This document shows positions 40,053-49,300 of a DNA stretch of 64,000 nucleotides, in pieces. The notes under the pieces are model-generated. The model had not been told where the DNA came from, did no database searches, and was given only the letters and a program-made list of their open reading frames with translations. Source of the stretch: an uncultured Pelagibacteraceae bacterium (GTDB lineage Bacteria > Pseudomonadota > Alphaproteobacteria > Pelagibacterales > AG-422-B15); NCBI GenBank assembly GCA_902525575.1, contig CABZHU010000001.1, positions 51,376 through 115,375 of the forward strand. The letters are read 5' to 3'. The translations under genes and the position numbers were made by a program. Each line of letters opens with the position of its first letter. Position 1 is the stretch's first letter.

Positions 40053-41292
40053 GCCTCATGTTATCTATGCCGACAATCTTATTGTAAAGCCAATAAACTA
40101 TTAACACAGCTACCAATAAAACAGCTGCCATAGCTGTTGCTAGAGACCAGTCAAGTGATTGCTGCATGTGATACGCAATTCTATTACTGATTAATGTTCC
40201 CTTAGCACCCCCAACTAATGCAGGAGTGATATAATATCCAATAGAAAGAACAAAAACTAAAATTGAGCCTGCACTTATACCAGCATATGTGAGCGGGAAG
40301 TAAATTTTTCTGAATGCAAGAAAAGGAGTAGCCCCCATCGAAGTTGCTGCTCTCATTAAACTTGGTGGTATAGTTTTCATAACGCTATAAAGTGGAAGAA
40401 CCATAAATGGTAAAAGTATTTGTGTCATCGCGATAAATGTACCGGTCATGTTATACATTAATTCAAGCCTTCCTTCATCTGCAACGATACCCAGAGAAAC
40501 AAGAGTATCATTTAAGACCCCCTGTTTTTGGAGCAGGACCATCCAACTAGATGTACGCACAAGCAAAGAGGTCCAAAACGGAAGCAGTACGCAGATCATT
40601 AGTAAATTTGAATATCGAGTTGGTAAAACGGAAAGTAAATGTGATATAGGGTATGCAAGTAGGAAACAGCAGAACGTAACACCAGCTGCAACAAAAATAG
40701 TTCTTAACCAGAGAGTAACATTTATTCGTTTCTTTTCAGGTATTCGTTCAATCGAGCCATCAAATTTTTGTTCGTAGTCAAACGTAGTTAAATATTTTCT
40801 GAAATGATAAGCATCCGTTCCTCTTTTTAGAGCAAGCCAGTATTCAATATCACCCCATTTTTTATGAACATCAATAAACTGATCAAGAAAATTTCCATTT
40901 TGATCGAAATCTTTAAGTTTTCTTGCTGTTTTTTTTATAAGGCTTGTAAAACCTCCTTTTTCATAATTGAGTCTTGTCGCTATTTTGCCGTGATTTTTTT
41001 CTTCTACCAATCCCTTGAGCTCATAAAAGAATGTTGAGGTTACATCTTCCCCGGGCATTTCAGTCCCATCCCAAGTTTGCATAACTTCGTGAGTCTCACT
41101 TAAAAATTCATTCATCTGAACGTTATCGATGCTTCTTCCAAGCATTTGAAATATCGGTATCACGTAGGCAAAAACGATAAAGAAAAGTAATGGCGCAGCC
41201 AACAAGAACGCTGTAGTTCTTCGTCTTCGTTCAACTTTTCTGAGTTTTACAGAGAGGAGCTCTCCGTCCGATGTTCTAATTTCTGCTGACAT
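40045..41292 (-). CDS. ABC transporter permease (PotB-like, with large periplasmic insertion)
   Basis: 415 aa. EAA loop AATSMGATPFLAFRKIYFPL. 8-nt overlap with the downstream permease. Confidence 0.8.
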   Translation of the reverse strand: MSAEIRTSDGELLSVKLRKVERRRRTTAFLLAAPLLFFIVFAYVIPIFQMLGRSIDNVQMNEFLSETHEVMQTWDGTEMPGEDVTSTFFYELKGLVEEKNHGKIATRLNYEKGGFTSLIKKTARKLKDFDQNGNFLDQFIDVHKKWGDIEYWLALKRGTDAYHFRKYLTTFDYEQKFDGSIERIPEKKRINVTLWLRTIFVAAGVTFCCFLLAYPISHLLSVLPTRYSNLLMICVLLPFWTSLLVRTSSWMVLLQKQGVLNDTLVSLGIVADEGRLELMYNMTGTFIAMTQILLPFMVLPLYSVMKTIPPSLMRAATSMGATPFLAFRKIYFPLTYAGISAGSILVFVLSIGYYITPALVGGAKGTLISNRIAYHMQQSLDWSLATAMAAVLLVAVLIVYWLYNKIVGIDNMRLG

Positions 41293-41320
41293 TAAGTATG
41301 AGGATACTTAATTTAAAGGG

Positions 41321-41346
41321 CTTGGGCAACCCATAGGTTGCCCAAG
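41321..41346 (-). terminator. GC-rich perfect 11-bp stem-loop between the SBP gene and the permease genes (intra-operon attenuator or mRNA-stabilising hairpin)
   Basis: Plus strand reads cttgggcaacc-cata-ggttgcccaag, followed by tttt. On the minus (mRNA) strand the same hairpin is followed by ccctttaaatt. It is the only strong hairpin I found in the window. Confidence 0.5.
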
Positions 41347-41356
41347 TTTTAGTCTC

Positions 41357-42478
41357 TTATAAGTTAGCTTTCCAAGCTTCCCATGCGTCGTTGATATCAG
41401 TATTGTTATCAGCGTACCACTCTGGGTTCATAAGAACATAGTTCTTAGTGTTTGCTGGAGCTGTAGGCATGTGAGGCATAATCTCAACTGCACCTGCTTG
41501 AGGTGAATTAAACCACGGCTCATCAGCCATGATTATGTCAAGAGATGAGATTCTGAAAGGTGCGTAAGCGATATGCTTTGCACTTCCAGCCAATCCTTCA
41601 GAGCTTGTGAAGTATTTCAATGCTTCCATTGCTTCAGCTTGGTTAGGACCACCTTTTACAAGTACGAAGTACTCATAATCAAGAATTTGACCATCCCAAA
41701 CCATTTTCATTGGTGAACCTTCGTTCACAATGGCGTTGAAATGACGTCCGTTCCAACCAGTAGCCATAATAGCTTCACCAGAAACTAACTGCTCAGGTGG
41801 TTGTGCACCAGCTGACCAGAAGATGCAACCACCGTTAGGGTCGTTACAAAGTTCTGAAAGCTTATCAAGAGCTCTATCGATTCCATTTTCTTCCATGTAT
41901 TCATACACTTCACCTCCTGGAACACCATCTGCAACTAGTGCAAACTCAAGGTTTGACATGGCAGAGCTATAAAGAGATCTTACTCCTGGATATTTGCTTG
42001 GATTGAAGAAGTCTTCCATTGAGTCAGGATAACTTCCGTCAAAATTTATGTTATCGGTGTTGTAAGCGTAGTTCCATGAGTAAAGAATGTTACCCACAGC
42101 ACAGTCACTTGGCATTGGAGCAAAGAAGTCGTCACTTGCTTTCATACCATTTACACCTGCTGGGAAGTCATTGTCGAAATCAAATTCTACAAATAATCCT
42201 TCGTCACAACCGATAATTGTATCACGCGCATACACATCGATGATGTCCCAAGTAATTGCTCCAGACTCGACCTGAGCTTTAATTTCACTCAAACCTCCGC
42301 TGTAGTCAATCCAGTTTACTTGAACACCACTCTTCTCTTGATATGGGTCCCCATAACCGAGTTTTTGACTTTCAGTATAAGCACCACCCCATGATACTAC
42401 ATTTACTTCCGCAGCTGTAGCCATTGTAGGTGCCACCAATAAAGCAGCCAAAGACATTATTTTTGTTAATCTTAACAT
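41357..42478 (-). CDS. ABC transporter periplasmic substrate-binding protein (PotD/PotF-type family 1)
   Basis: 373 aa with a signal peptide ending ATAAE. VVSWGGAY...W matches the polyamine/opine-type SBP layout. A strong AAGGAG Shine-Dalgarno lies upstream. Confidence 0.8.
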   Translation of the reverse strand: MLRLTKIMSLAALLVAPTMATAAEVNVVSWGGAYTESQKLGYGDPYQEKSGVQVNWIDYSGGLSEIKAQVESGAITWDIIDVYARDTIIGCDEGLFVEFDFDNDFPAGVNGMKASDDFFAPMPSDCAVGNILYSWNYAYNTDNINFDGSYPDSMEDFFNPSKYPGVRSLYSSAMSNLEFALVADGVPGGEVYEYMEENGIDRALDKLSELCNDPNGGCIFWSAGAQPPEQLVSGEAIMATGWNGRHFNAIVNEGSPMKMVWDGQILDYEYFVLVKGGPNQAEAMEALKYFTSSEGLAGSAKHIAYAPFRISSLDIIMADEPWFNSPQAGAVEIMPHMPTAPANTKNYVLMNPEWYADNNTDINDAWEAWKANL

Positions 42479-42600
42479 GATTAATCGTCTCCTTTTTTTA
42501 TATAAAGAAGATATTACATAGGGGCTTTAACAAAAACGCAACAAAAAAAGGTAAATTTTTTCAATATTTTAGGATTGAATCTATATGTAGTATCAAAGGT

Positions 42601-43689
42601 TTAGTAATCTAGTGCTCGACAGTCCTGAGAAGACCAGCCTAAATTTACTTTGTCTCCAAGATTAAGCTTTGAATTACTACTTGCGTTTGGAACTTTAAGA
42701 ATAAAATCATCATTGCCCAGCAAATTCACGCGCACTCTTGTATGATCTCCATGGTAAATGATTTCTTTTATTTCAGCTTCAAATCGATTCTCAATTTGCT
42801 CAGTCGGATTTATGTTAACCCTTTCAGGTCGAAGTGAAATTCTTGATTTTTCACCAGCAGAAGATACTGCAATCGGGTTCGCTATTATTATCTCGCCTGT
42901 ACTTGTCTCAACTTTTGCAGCGCCAGAAGCTAGTTCTTTTACAGTTCCGGTAAACGTATTGTTTTCCCCAATAAAGCTAGCAACAAAAGAATTAACCGGT
43001 GTTTCATATAATTCATTCGGACCTGAAAGCTGTTGAACCTTTCCATCATTAAAGACAGCAATTCTGTTAGACATAGTTAACGCTTCACCTTGATCGTGAG
43101 TTACATATACGACTGTAACTCCCAGTGTTTCATGAATATGTTTTAACTCGTACTGCATACTCTCACGTAAGTTTTTGTCTAACGCACCTAAAGGTTCATC
43201 CATCAAAACTAATTTAGGATCAAATACTAATGCTCTTGCAACAGCAACACGTTGCTGTTGACCACCAGATAGTTGTGCAGGCATTCTATTTTCAAAGCCC
43301 GTTAGTGAAACCATTTTTAAGGTTTTATTTATACGTTCTTCAATTTCTGCCTTATCAATTTTTCTAACTTTCAATGGAAATGCTAAATTTTCAAATACTG
43401 ATAGATGTGGAAAAAGAGCGTAGTTCTGAAAAACCATACCAATACCCCTTTTGTGAGGAGGTATATTATTGATTGGATTGCCATCAAAATAAATCTCGCC
43501 ATTGGTGGGCGTTTCAAAGCCTGCAAGCATCATCAATGTAGTTGTTTTACCGGAACCTGAAGGCCCTAATAAAGTTAAAAACTCGCCTTCAGCAATATCA
43601 AGGTCTAGACCTTTTACGACCAGTTCTTTACCGTCATAACTTTTGTCAACTTGTTCAAATTTTACAAAATCTGACTTTTTTTCACCCAT
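42601..43689 (-). CDS. ABC transporter ATP-binding protein (PotA-like)
   Basis: Walker A GPSGSGKTT, signature LSGGQQQR, Walker B LVLMDEP, and a C-terminal TOBE-like domain. Confidence 0.9.
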   Translation of the reverse strand: MGEKKSDFVKFEQVDKSYDGKELVVKGLDLDIAEGEFLTLLGPSGSGKTTTLMMLAGFETPTNGEIYFDGNPINNIPPHKRGIGMVFQNYALFPHLSVFENLAFPLKVRKIDKAEIEERINKTLKMVSLTGFENRMPAQLSGGQQQRVAVARALVFDPKLVLMDEPLGALDKNLRESMQYELKHIHETLGVTVVYVTHDQGEALTMSNRIAVFNDGKVQQLSGPNELYETPVNSFVASFIGENNTFTGTVKELASGAAKVETSTGEIIIANPIAVSSAGEKSRISLRPERVNINPTEQIENRFEAEIKEIIYHGDHTRVRVNLLGNDDFILKVPNASSNSKLNLGDKVNLGWSSQDCRALDY

Positions 43690-43807
43690 GATTTCAGACT
43701 AAGGTAAAAATAGTTGGGAATCTAGGGTTATTTAAACTAAATTAATCACAGATAAAAATTATAATAAAGTTCGTTAATTAGCCAAAACAAGATATTACAA
43801 AGTACAA

Positions 43808-45241
43808 ATGAAAAAATATCAACATTACATAAATGGAGAGTGGATTGACTCCACAGGTAATGAAGTTATTGCCGTTGTCAATCCAGCGACAGAAGAAGTA
43901 ATAGGAGAAATTTCGGCTGCTAATAAAAATGATATTGATCTGGCTGTTGCAGCGGCAAAAGTAGCTTATGAGTCACGAGTGCTAGTCGACATGAATCCTA
44001 TGGAGAGAGCAAAGTTGATGCGTAGCGTTGCTGATGAATTAAGAAAGATTAGCAAAGATGGTGGCGCATTATTGTGTGAAGAGAATGGAAAATTATTAGC
44101 TGCGTCAGTGTATGAATTTTTGGATGCGGCAAACTATTTTGACTATTACAGTGGATTGACTGATAAAATTGAAGGTCAAACCATACCAGTAAATAATCAA
44201 GTGATGGATTACACTTTGTATGAACCTTATGGTGTTTCAGGTCATATTGTTCCTTGGAATTTTCCAATTTCAATGTTGGCACGTTCTCTAGCCTGTTCAT
44301 TTGCCGCCGGAAATTCAACAGTTATAAAACCAGCTGAGCTAACTCCTCTAGCAACTACATCATATTTCGCACAGGCTGTTCATAATGCGGAAGTACCAAA
44401 GGGACTAATTAATATAGTAACTGGATATGGTGTTGAGGCAGGAGCTGCATTGACATCAAATAATGATGTCGCTCAAATCACATTCACGGGATCTGTGAAA
44501 ACTGGAAAGACAATACTTCACGCAGCTGCTGAAAGAGCTGTACCAGCTGTTGTAGAGCTAGGGGGCAAATCAGCTGCTGTTGTGTTACCTGATGCTGATA
44601 TTGATAAAGTTGTTAATGCAACAAAAGTTGGAATATTTAGTCAAGCTGGACAAATATGTTCTGCAATGTCACGCATGATTGTACATAAGTCTATTAAAGA
44701 TGAGGTATTAGACAAGTTATCGGAATTAGCCAAATCAATAAAAGTTGGACCAGGCAATGAAGAAGGCGTTGACCTAACACCTGTAATATCAGAGGAACAA
44801 CTTCAAAAAGTTGAGAACTATGCAAGATCAGGTTTACAAGCTGGAGCCACAGCAATATCAGGAGGTAGTCGTGTTGATCGAAAAGGATATTTCTTTGAGC
44901 CAACAATTTATGCAGATGTAAAGCCAGATATGACCATCGCTCAAGAAGAAATTTTCGGCCCATTCCTATCTGTGCTTGATTATGAAGATCATGAAGAAGC
45001 AATTCATATTGCAAATGATACAGACTACGGTTTAGCGGCAGGTGTATTTACAAAAGATGTTGATATGGCAACTAAGACAGCAGCTAAGCTTAATGGTGGA
45101 CAAGTCTACGTGAATAGTTGGTTTACCGGCAGTATTGCAACTCCTTTTGGAGGGTATAAACAATCAGGCTATAGTCGTGAGAAAGGTCAGCAAGCTATAA
45201 AGAGCTATTTGCAATTAAAGAATGTTGGAATTCAACTTTAA
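43808..45241 (+). CDS. NAD(P)-dependent aldehyde dehydrogenase
   Basis: 477 aa. Motifs VPWNFP, FTGSVKTGK, ELGGKS, catalytic Cys context GQICSA, and EEIFGP. Confidence 0.9.
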   Translation: MKKYQHYINGEWIDSTGNEVIAVVNPATEEVIGEISAANKNDIDLAVAAAKVAYESRVLVDMNPMERAKLMRSVADELRKISKDGGALLCEENGKLLAASVYEFLDAANYFDYYSGLTDKIEGQTIPVNNQVMDYTLYEPYGVSGHIVPWNFPISMLARSLACSFAAGNSTVIKPAELTPLATTSYFAQAVHNAEVPKGLINIVTGYGVEAGAALTSNNDVAQITFTGSVKTGKTILHAAAERAVPAVVELGGKSAAVVLPDADIDKVVNATKVGIFSQAGQICSAMSRMIVHKSIKDEVLDKLSELAKSIKVGPGNEEGVDLTPVISEEQLQKVENYARSGLQAGATAISGGSRVDRKGYFFEPTIYADVKPDMTIAQEEIFGPFLSVLDYEDHEEAIHIANDTDYGLAAGVFTKDVDMATKTAAKLNGGQVYVNSWFTGSIATPFGGYKQSGYSREKGQQAIKSYLQLKNVGIQL

Positions 45242-45856
45242 TTAATCATTATCTTCAAGTCCGGCGCCAGCGGCCGTAGTTTTCAATTTCTCATTTTCTT
45301 CAACAAATGTATCTGTTGATAATGCATATAGCTCATCCCAGACCTCTTGGGTGAATGAGTCATCATTTTCAAATGTGGACACTTTAATATTTTTAGCTTT
45401 TTTTATTACCAAGGAATTAACGTCGCTATCACTAAACATATACTTATCTAAATTAAATCTAAATACATGCTCATCTATATTTATACTTACTCTTTTGCCA
45501 ATTAGAAACGACAGTCTGCTTATAAAGGGAATCATAAGAAGAGGGTAGCTTACATTAAAAAAATTGATTTCTTTTAAAAGCTCTACTTTTTTAAAATCAT
45601 CAATAAGGCATACTCCAGTTAGGATTGGACAAAGGCATTCATTATCAATTTTATTTTGCAATTCTATGGCATGTGGACCAATTGGTGTTTTCTTTTGTAT
45701 ATCTCTTAAATATGATTTTAAATTTTCTATACCTGCGATTCCTATCAATTCCAATATATCAATATTTTTTCCAACTTCTTCAGCCACACCCCATGAGTAC
45801 CCCGCAGCTTTAGTAGCTCTTTTTGATACTGTAATGATTTCGCTCGAGGACCTCAT
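45242..45856 (-). CDS. Conserved hypothetical protein (DUF3726-like, tentative)
   Basis: 204 aa. The N-terminal block KRATKAAGYSWGVAEEVGKNI is what I associate with DUF3726. It is the last gene of a tightly packed three-gene operon. Confidence 0.4.
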   Translation of the reverse strand: MRSSSEIITVSKRATKAAGYSWGVAEEVGKNIDILELIGIAGIENLKSYLRDIQKKTPIGPHAIELQNKIDNECLCPILTGVCLIDDFKKVELLKEINFFNVSYPLLMIPFISRLSFLIGKRVSINIDEHVFRFNLDKYMFSDSDVNSLVIKKAKNIKVSTFENDDSFTQEVWDELYALSTDTFVEENEKLKTTAAGAGLEDND

Positions 45857-45860
45857 AAAG

Positions 45861-47519
45861 TTATGAATAAATCCATCTGTCGTTACTTTGACTTATCTCA
45901 TTCATTAAAGGAGCTCCTTGATACATGCATATTCTCAACCATTTATCGGAACGAGGGTCAAATTTTTGCGCCCCAAAAAAAGACAACTTTAATCTCAGCA
46001 TATCAATGGGCATTAAATTTGAACCAATTGAATTATCTTGAATTTCAGAGTACGGCAGCTTCTCAGCTATAAAGCATCTTCTTACCACATGTCTTAAATC
46101 GCTATTATTCCTCAAAAACTCTGACAAAATTTGGTCCTCAGGAACTTCCAAAAGACGGAAATACAGTGCATTTATATCACGAGCTATGGCAAGAGGCTGT
46201 TCCAACTCAGATCCTTCGTCATCAAATCTGTTTGCTAACCTTGGCTCCTCTTTATTTTTGGAAATAAACCAGAATTTTTCGTTTGGCTCATTTTTTGAGA
46301 AATCAATCTTAATAATACCTCTATAACCTTTATGAATTATATTCTTTAACTCGCTTACTTTTTTATAAGTTGGAATGTTGAAATATAAATCTTCGTCAGA
46401 ACTCATTTTTGATATTAAAGGATAAACAATAGAATTATAAGGTTCCATCATTAGTGAAACGATAAATTCAATACCTTCAAAACTTAGATGTTTTTCAATC
46501 CATTTATAAAGATGATTCCAAAGATTCTCTCTATCTACAGATAAGGTTGGAAGATATTCACTTTCAAATTTTTCAATATCGTTTCTTAAATCTTTTATTT
46601 TCTTTATTTGATACTCACTTTTTGTTTCCCAGGTACTGATCATATTTTTAGAAAGTTTTAGACATTCCTTAAATATACTTAACTCACTTTCCTTTACTTT
46701 ATTTATTTCTCTAATTTGTCTTAACGCATCTTCTTTAGCAAAAATCCACTGATGTAACAGAGATGGATGATTAATAATAAAAGGAGCCATGCCAAGTCCT
46801 GTAGAATTACCTATTCCAAGTTTACGTGCTATTGATTGATCTAGCGTGACAGCCAATTTGGGATTCTTCTTTTTAGCAATGTGATTAACCTGGTCAAAAG
46901 TAAACTGACGCACTAAATAAACCAACATCATTTCTAGTCGGAAGGGACCATTAATTTCTTTGCGATCTTTAATTCTATATCGATCAGCTAATCCAAATTT
47001 ACCAGATCCATAAACCGCTGTGGTTCGATAGAGGTAGCCAACTTTTTTTATCAAAGATAAATCAGGTTGAACTCCATTCGAAAGTCTTTCAACAACATGA
47101 TTAAAAATTCTTACAGACTTATTTGCTCGCGATAATGTTAATTCTTTATAACTGCATCTACCTACTTCCTGCTTAGGAACATTCAATTTTAATCTTTGAA
47201 TATCTTTTTCAGTTGGGATTCCATCGTGAAGAACAAATGCTGCATCCCATTTCGTAGCAATTACTCTGTCGGACCTTTCAGAAGAATCAAGTTCATTAGC
47301 AAAACAGATTAATGAATAGGTGCGACTATCTTTATTAACTGAATAAACTGCAGTTCCAAAACCATGTTCATCAAGATCAAACAAATCAGATTTAAATGTC
47401 CAACTTTTAAATTCTCTTACAAAACTTCTTAGAAAAGATAGCTTTGTTTGATGAAAGGAACCTAATCGCTTTAGCGTCATCACTTCATGAGGGTCGCGGT
47501 GCTTAATTTGCTTATGCAT
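45861..47519 (-). CDS. Hypothetical protein, 552 aa, no family recognised
   Basis: A long uninterrupted ORF in an AT-rich genome. It has a 1-nt overlap (47519) with the upstream dipeptidase gene and a 4-nt gap to the downstream gene. Soluble, with no recognisable catalytic motif. Confidence 0.6.
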   Translation of the reverse strand: MHKQIKHRDPHEVMTLKRLGSFHQTKLSFLRSFVREFKSWTFKSDLFDLDEHGFGTAVYSVNKDSRTYSLICFANELDSSERSDRVIATKWDAAFVLHDGIPTEKDIQRLKLNVPKQEVGRCSYKELTLSRANKSVRIFNHVVERLSNGVQPDLSLIKKVGYLYRTTAVYGSGKFGLADRYRIKDRKEINGPFRLEMMLVYLVRQFTFDQVNHIAKKKNPKLAVTLDQSIARKLGIGNSTGLGMAPFIINHPSLLHQWIFAKEDALRQIREINKVKESELSIFKECLKLSKNMISTWETKSEYQIKKIKDLRNDIEKFESEYLPTLSVDRENLWNHLYKWIEKHLSFEGIEFIVSLMMEPYNSIVYPLISKMSSDEDLYFNIPTYKKVSELKNIIHKGYRGIIKIDFSKNEPNEKFWFISKNKEEPRLANRFDDEGSELEQPLAIARDINALYFRLLEVPEDQILSEFLRNNSDLRHVVRRCFIAEKLPYSEIQDNSIGSNLMPIDMLRLKLSFFGAQKFDPRSDKWLRICMYQGAPLMNEISQSNDRWIYS

Positions 47520-48490
47520 TAATGAATATTCTCTTTGTAAAAATTAAACCAGTTGTCACCTAATATTGCATCTACCTCTTTGTCATCAAAGCCAATTTCT
47601 TTTAAGCCTGTTGCAAGGTTGTTAAACCCTAATGTATTTTCAAACCAATCTGGCTGCCGAGGAAATGCTGCATCACTTTTAGACCCTTCTCCATAATCCT
47701 TAGTTTTTGTCCATGTCCCATTTCTCATCCACTCAACAACAGAGTCAGGTTGATGAAGGCATAAATCTGATCCAATACCTACATGATCAATGCCCATGAG
47801 GTCTACAGTCCTTGCTGTCATTTCACAAAAACTTTTAAGAGTACAATTAGTTCCTCCAAGAAGATGGTGAGGATAAAGCGAAAGACCAATAATCCCTTTT
47901 GACTGACTAAGTGCTTTTAATAGCTCGTCTGACTTATTTCTTTTAGCTGGATGCCAAAAGGAAGGATTGGCATGAGTGATGGCAATCGGTTTTTCTGAAA
48001 TATTGATCGCATCCAAGGTTGATTGTTCTGCTGAGTGTGACATGTCTATAACTATTCCAACTCTATTCATTTCTTTAATGACTTCTCTGCCCATTCGCGT
48101 GACACCACTGTCATTTTCTTCATAGCAACCTGTTGCAAGCAAAGATTGGTTATTATACGTGAGCTGCATAAAGACTGCTCCTAAATCATGCACAGCTTCA
48201 ACGAGTTTTATATCGTCTTCAATAGGTGAACAGTTTTGGAAACCAAAAAAGACAGCAGTTTTTTTTTCTGCTTTTGCTTTTTCTATATCTTTGTAGGTTC
48301 TTCCATGAATCAATAAATTATTAAATTCTTCAAAGTAAGAATCCCATTGCTCTACATTATTTTTTACTTCATCAAAATCTTCATGATAAGCAATGGTTAC
48401 ATGAATTGCATTTAAACCCGCTTCATTATTGATTTTAAAAATTTCTTCTGACCAATTACAATATTGTAAATTATCGATTCTATAGGTCAT
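47519..48490 (-). CDS. Renal-dipeptidase (M19) family protein, divergent metal site
   Basis: 323 aa. Family blocks VIDMSHSAEQS, IAITHANPS and HVGIGSDL are present. The N-terminal IDGHND-type HxD appears as IDNLQY, and the EGG-type Glu position appears as GFQN (by-eye alignment). Confidence 0.7.
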   Translation of the reverse strand: MTYRIDNLQYCNWSEEIFKINNEAGLNAIHVTIAYHEDFDEVKNNVEQWDSYFEEFNNLLIHGRTYKDIEKAKAEKKTAVFFGFQNCSPIEDDIKLVEAVHDLGAVFMQLTYNNQSLLATGCYEENDSGVTRMGREVIKEMNRVGIVIDMSHSAEQSTLDAINISEKPIAITHANPSFWHPAKRNKSDELLKALSQSKGIIGLSLYPHHLLGGTNCTLKSFCEMTARTVDLMGIDHVGIGSDLCLHQPDSVVEWMRNGTWTKTKDYGEGSKSDAAFPRQPDWFENTLGFNNLATGLKEIGFDDKEVDAILGDNWFNFYKENIH

Positions 48491-48530
48491 ATAACTCTAA
48501 TTCTTTGATCATAGTTTCTACTCATATACT

Positions 48531-48635
48531 ATGAAAGCGCTGAGAGGGAATCAATGCCAAGAAAATCAATTTTTTGCGCCATTTAAGGGTTTTTTATTGA
48601 AACTGCGACAATTTTGGCCCCAATTCTCCATCTGA
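48531..48635 (+). other. Candidate 34-codon small ORF carrying the shared GGGTTTTTT-TTGAAACTGC motif
   Basis: Hand translation: MKALRGNQCQENQFFAPFKGFLLKLRQFWPQFSI. The motif at 48587..48609 is read in the same frame (G-F/V-L/F-L-K-L-R/Q) as in the 36647..36766 ORF. No homology support. Confidence 0.2.
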
Positions 48636-48698
48636 ACTTCTTTCTTTCTTCATTTAAGATATTATATTTACAAAGATACTAATTTTTAAAACTATTTT

Positions 48699-49298
48699 AT
48701 GTATACACCCATTAACCAATATATTGAGAGATTAGAAAATATCTCTTTTGATGTTGATGAATTGAACAAAGCAGTATCTGATCTTGTAAAGATCAGACCG
48801 TTTGAGAATGAAAATATAAAGCCAGGAATGCTAAAGTCCAATGCAATTTGTCTTAACTATGATGAAAAAGAACTTGATGAGTGGTTTGGCGGTAATATCA
48901 GAGGCAAATATTGGACAAAGCCTGACTCTTCTTTTGAGGAAATGGAGCGCGAGCCGTACATAGACGAATCCAGATACACACTATTCAACCCAAAGCTTAA
49001 TAATACTTACTTTAAGTATGTTTATGATAAAATTAATGAGTTCTTCGAAGTGGGCAGATGTAGAGTTATCAAGATGCCTCCAAGAACGACACTAAGTTGG
49101 CACCGTGATCCTGAAAAACGTATACATGTTGCAATTAAGACAAATTATGGCGCTAGGATGTTTATTGAGCATACTGGTCACCACATACCGGCTGATGGAA
49201 ATATTTATCTAACAGATAATACGAAGTACCACACAGCAATTAATGGTGGCGAAGAGGATCGAATTCATTTAGTTGCAACGGTATTGGGTACAAAATAG
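48699..49298 (+). CDS. Cupin-fold protein, aspartyl/asparaginyl beta-hydroxylase-like 2OG-Fe(II) oxygenase (tentative)
   Basis: 199 aa. WHRDPEKRIHVAIKTN....KYHTAINGGEEDRIHLV gives an HxD...H facial-triad-like pattern. Confidence 0.45.
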   Translation: MYTPINQYIERLENISFDVDELNKAVSDLVKIRPFENENIKPGMLKSNAICLNYDEKELDEWFGGNIRGKYWTKPDSSFEEMEREPYIDESRYTLFNPKLNNTYFKYVYDKINEFFEVGRCRVIKMPPRTTLSWHRDPEKRIHVAIKTNYGARMFIEHTGHHIPADGNIYLTDNTKYHTAINGGEEDRIHLVATVLGTK

Positions 49299-49300
49299 TT

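Noticed and set aside
48491-48698. A riboswitch (for example glycine) in the 208-nt leader between the M19 operon and the cupin gene.
   Set aside because: I could find neither the conserved glycine-riboswitch core sequences nor convincing paired helices on either strand. There are only short AATCAAT direct repeats and weak GCGC pairing.
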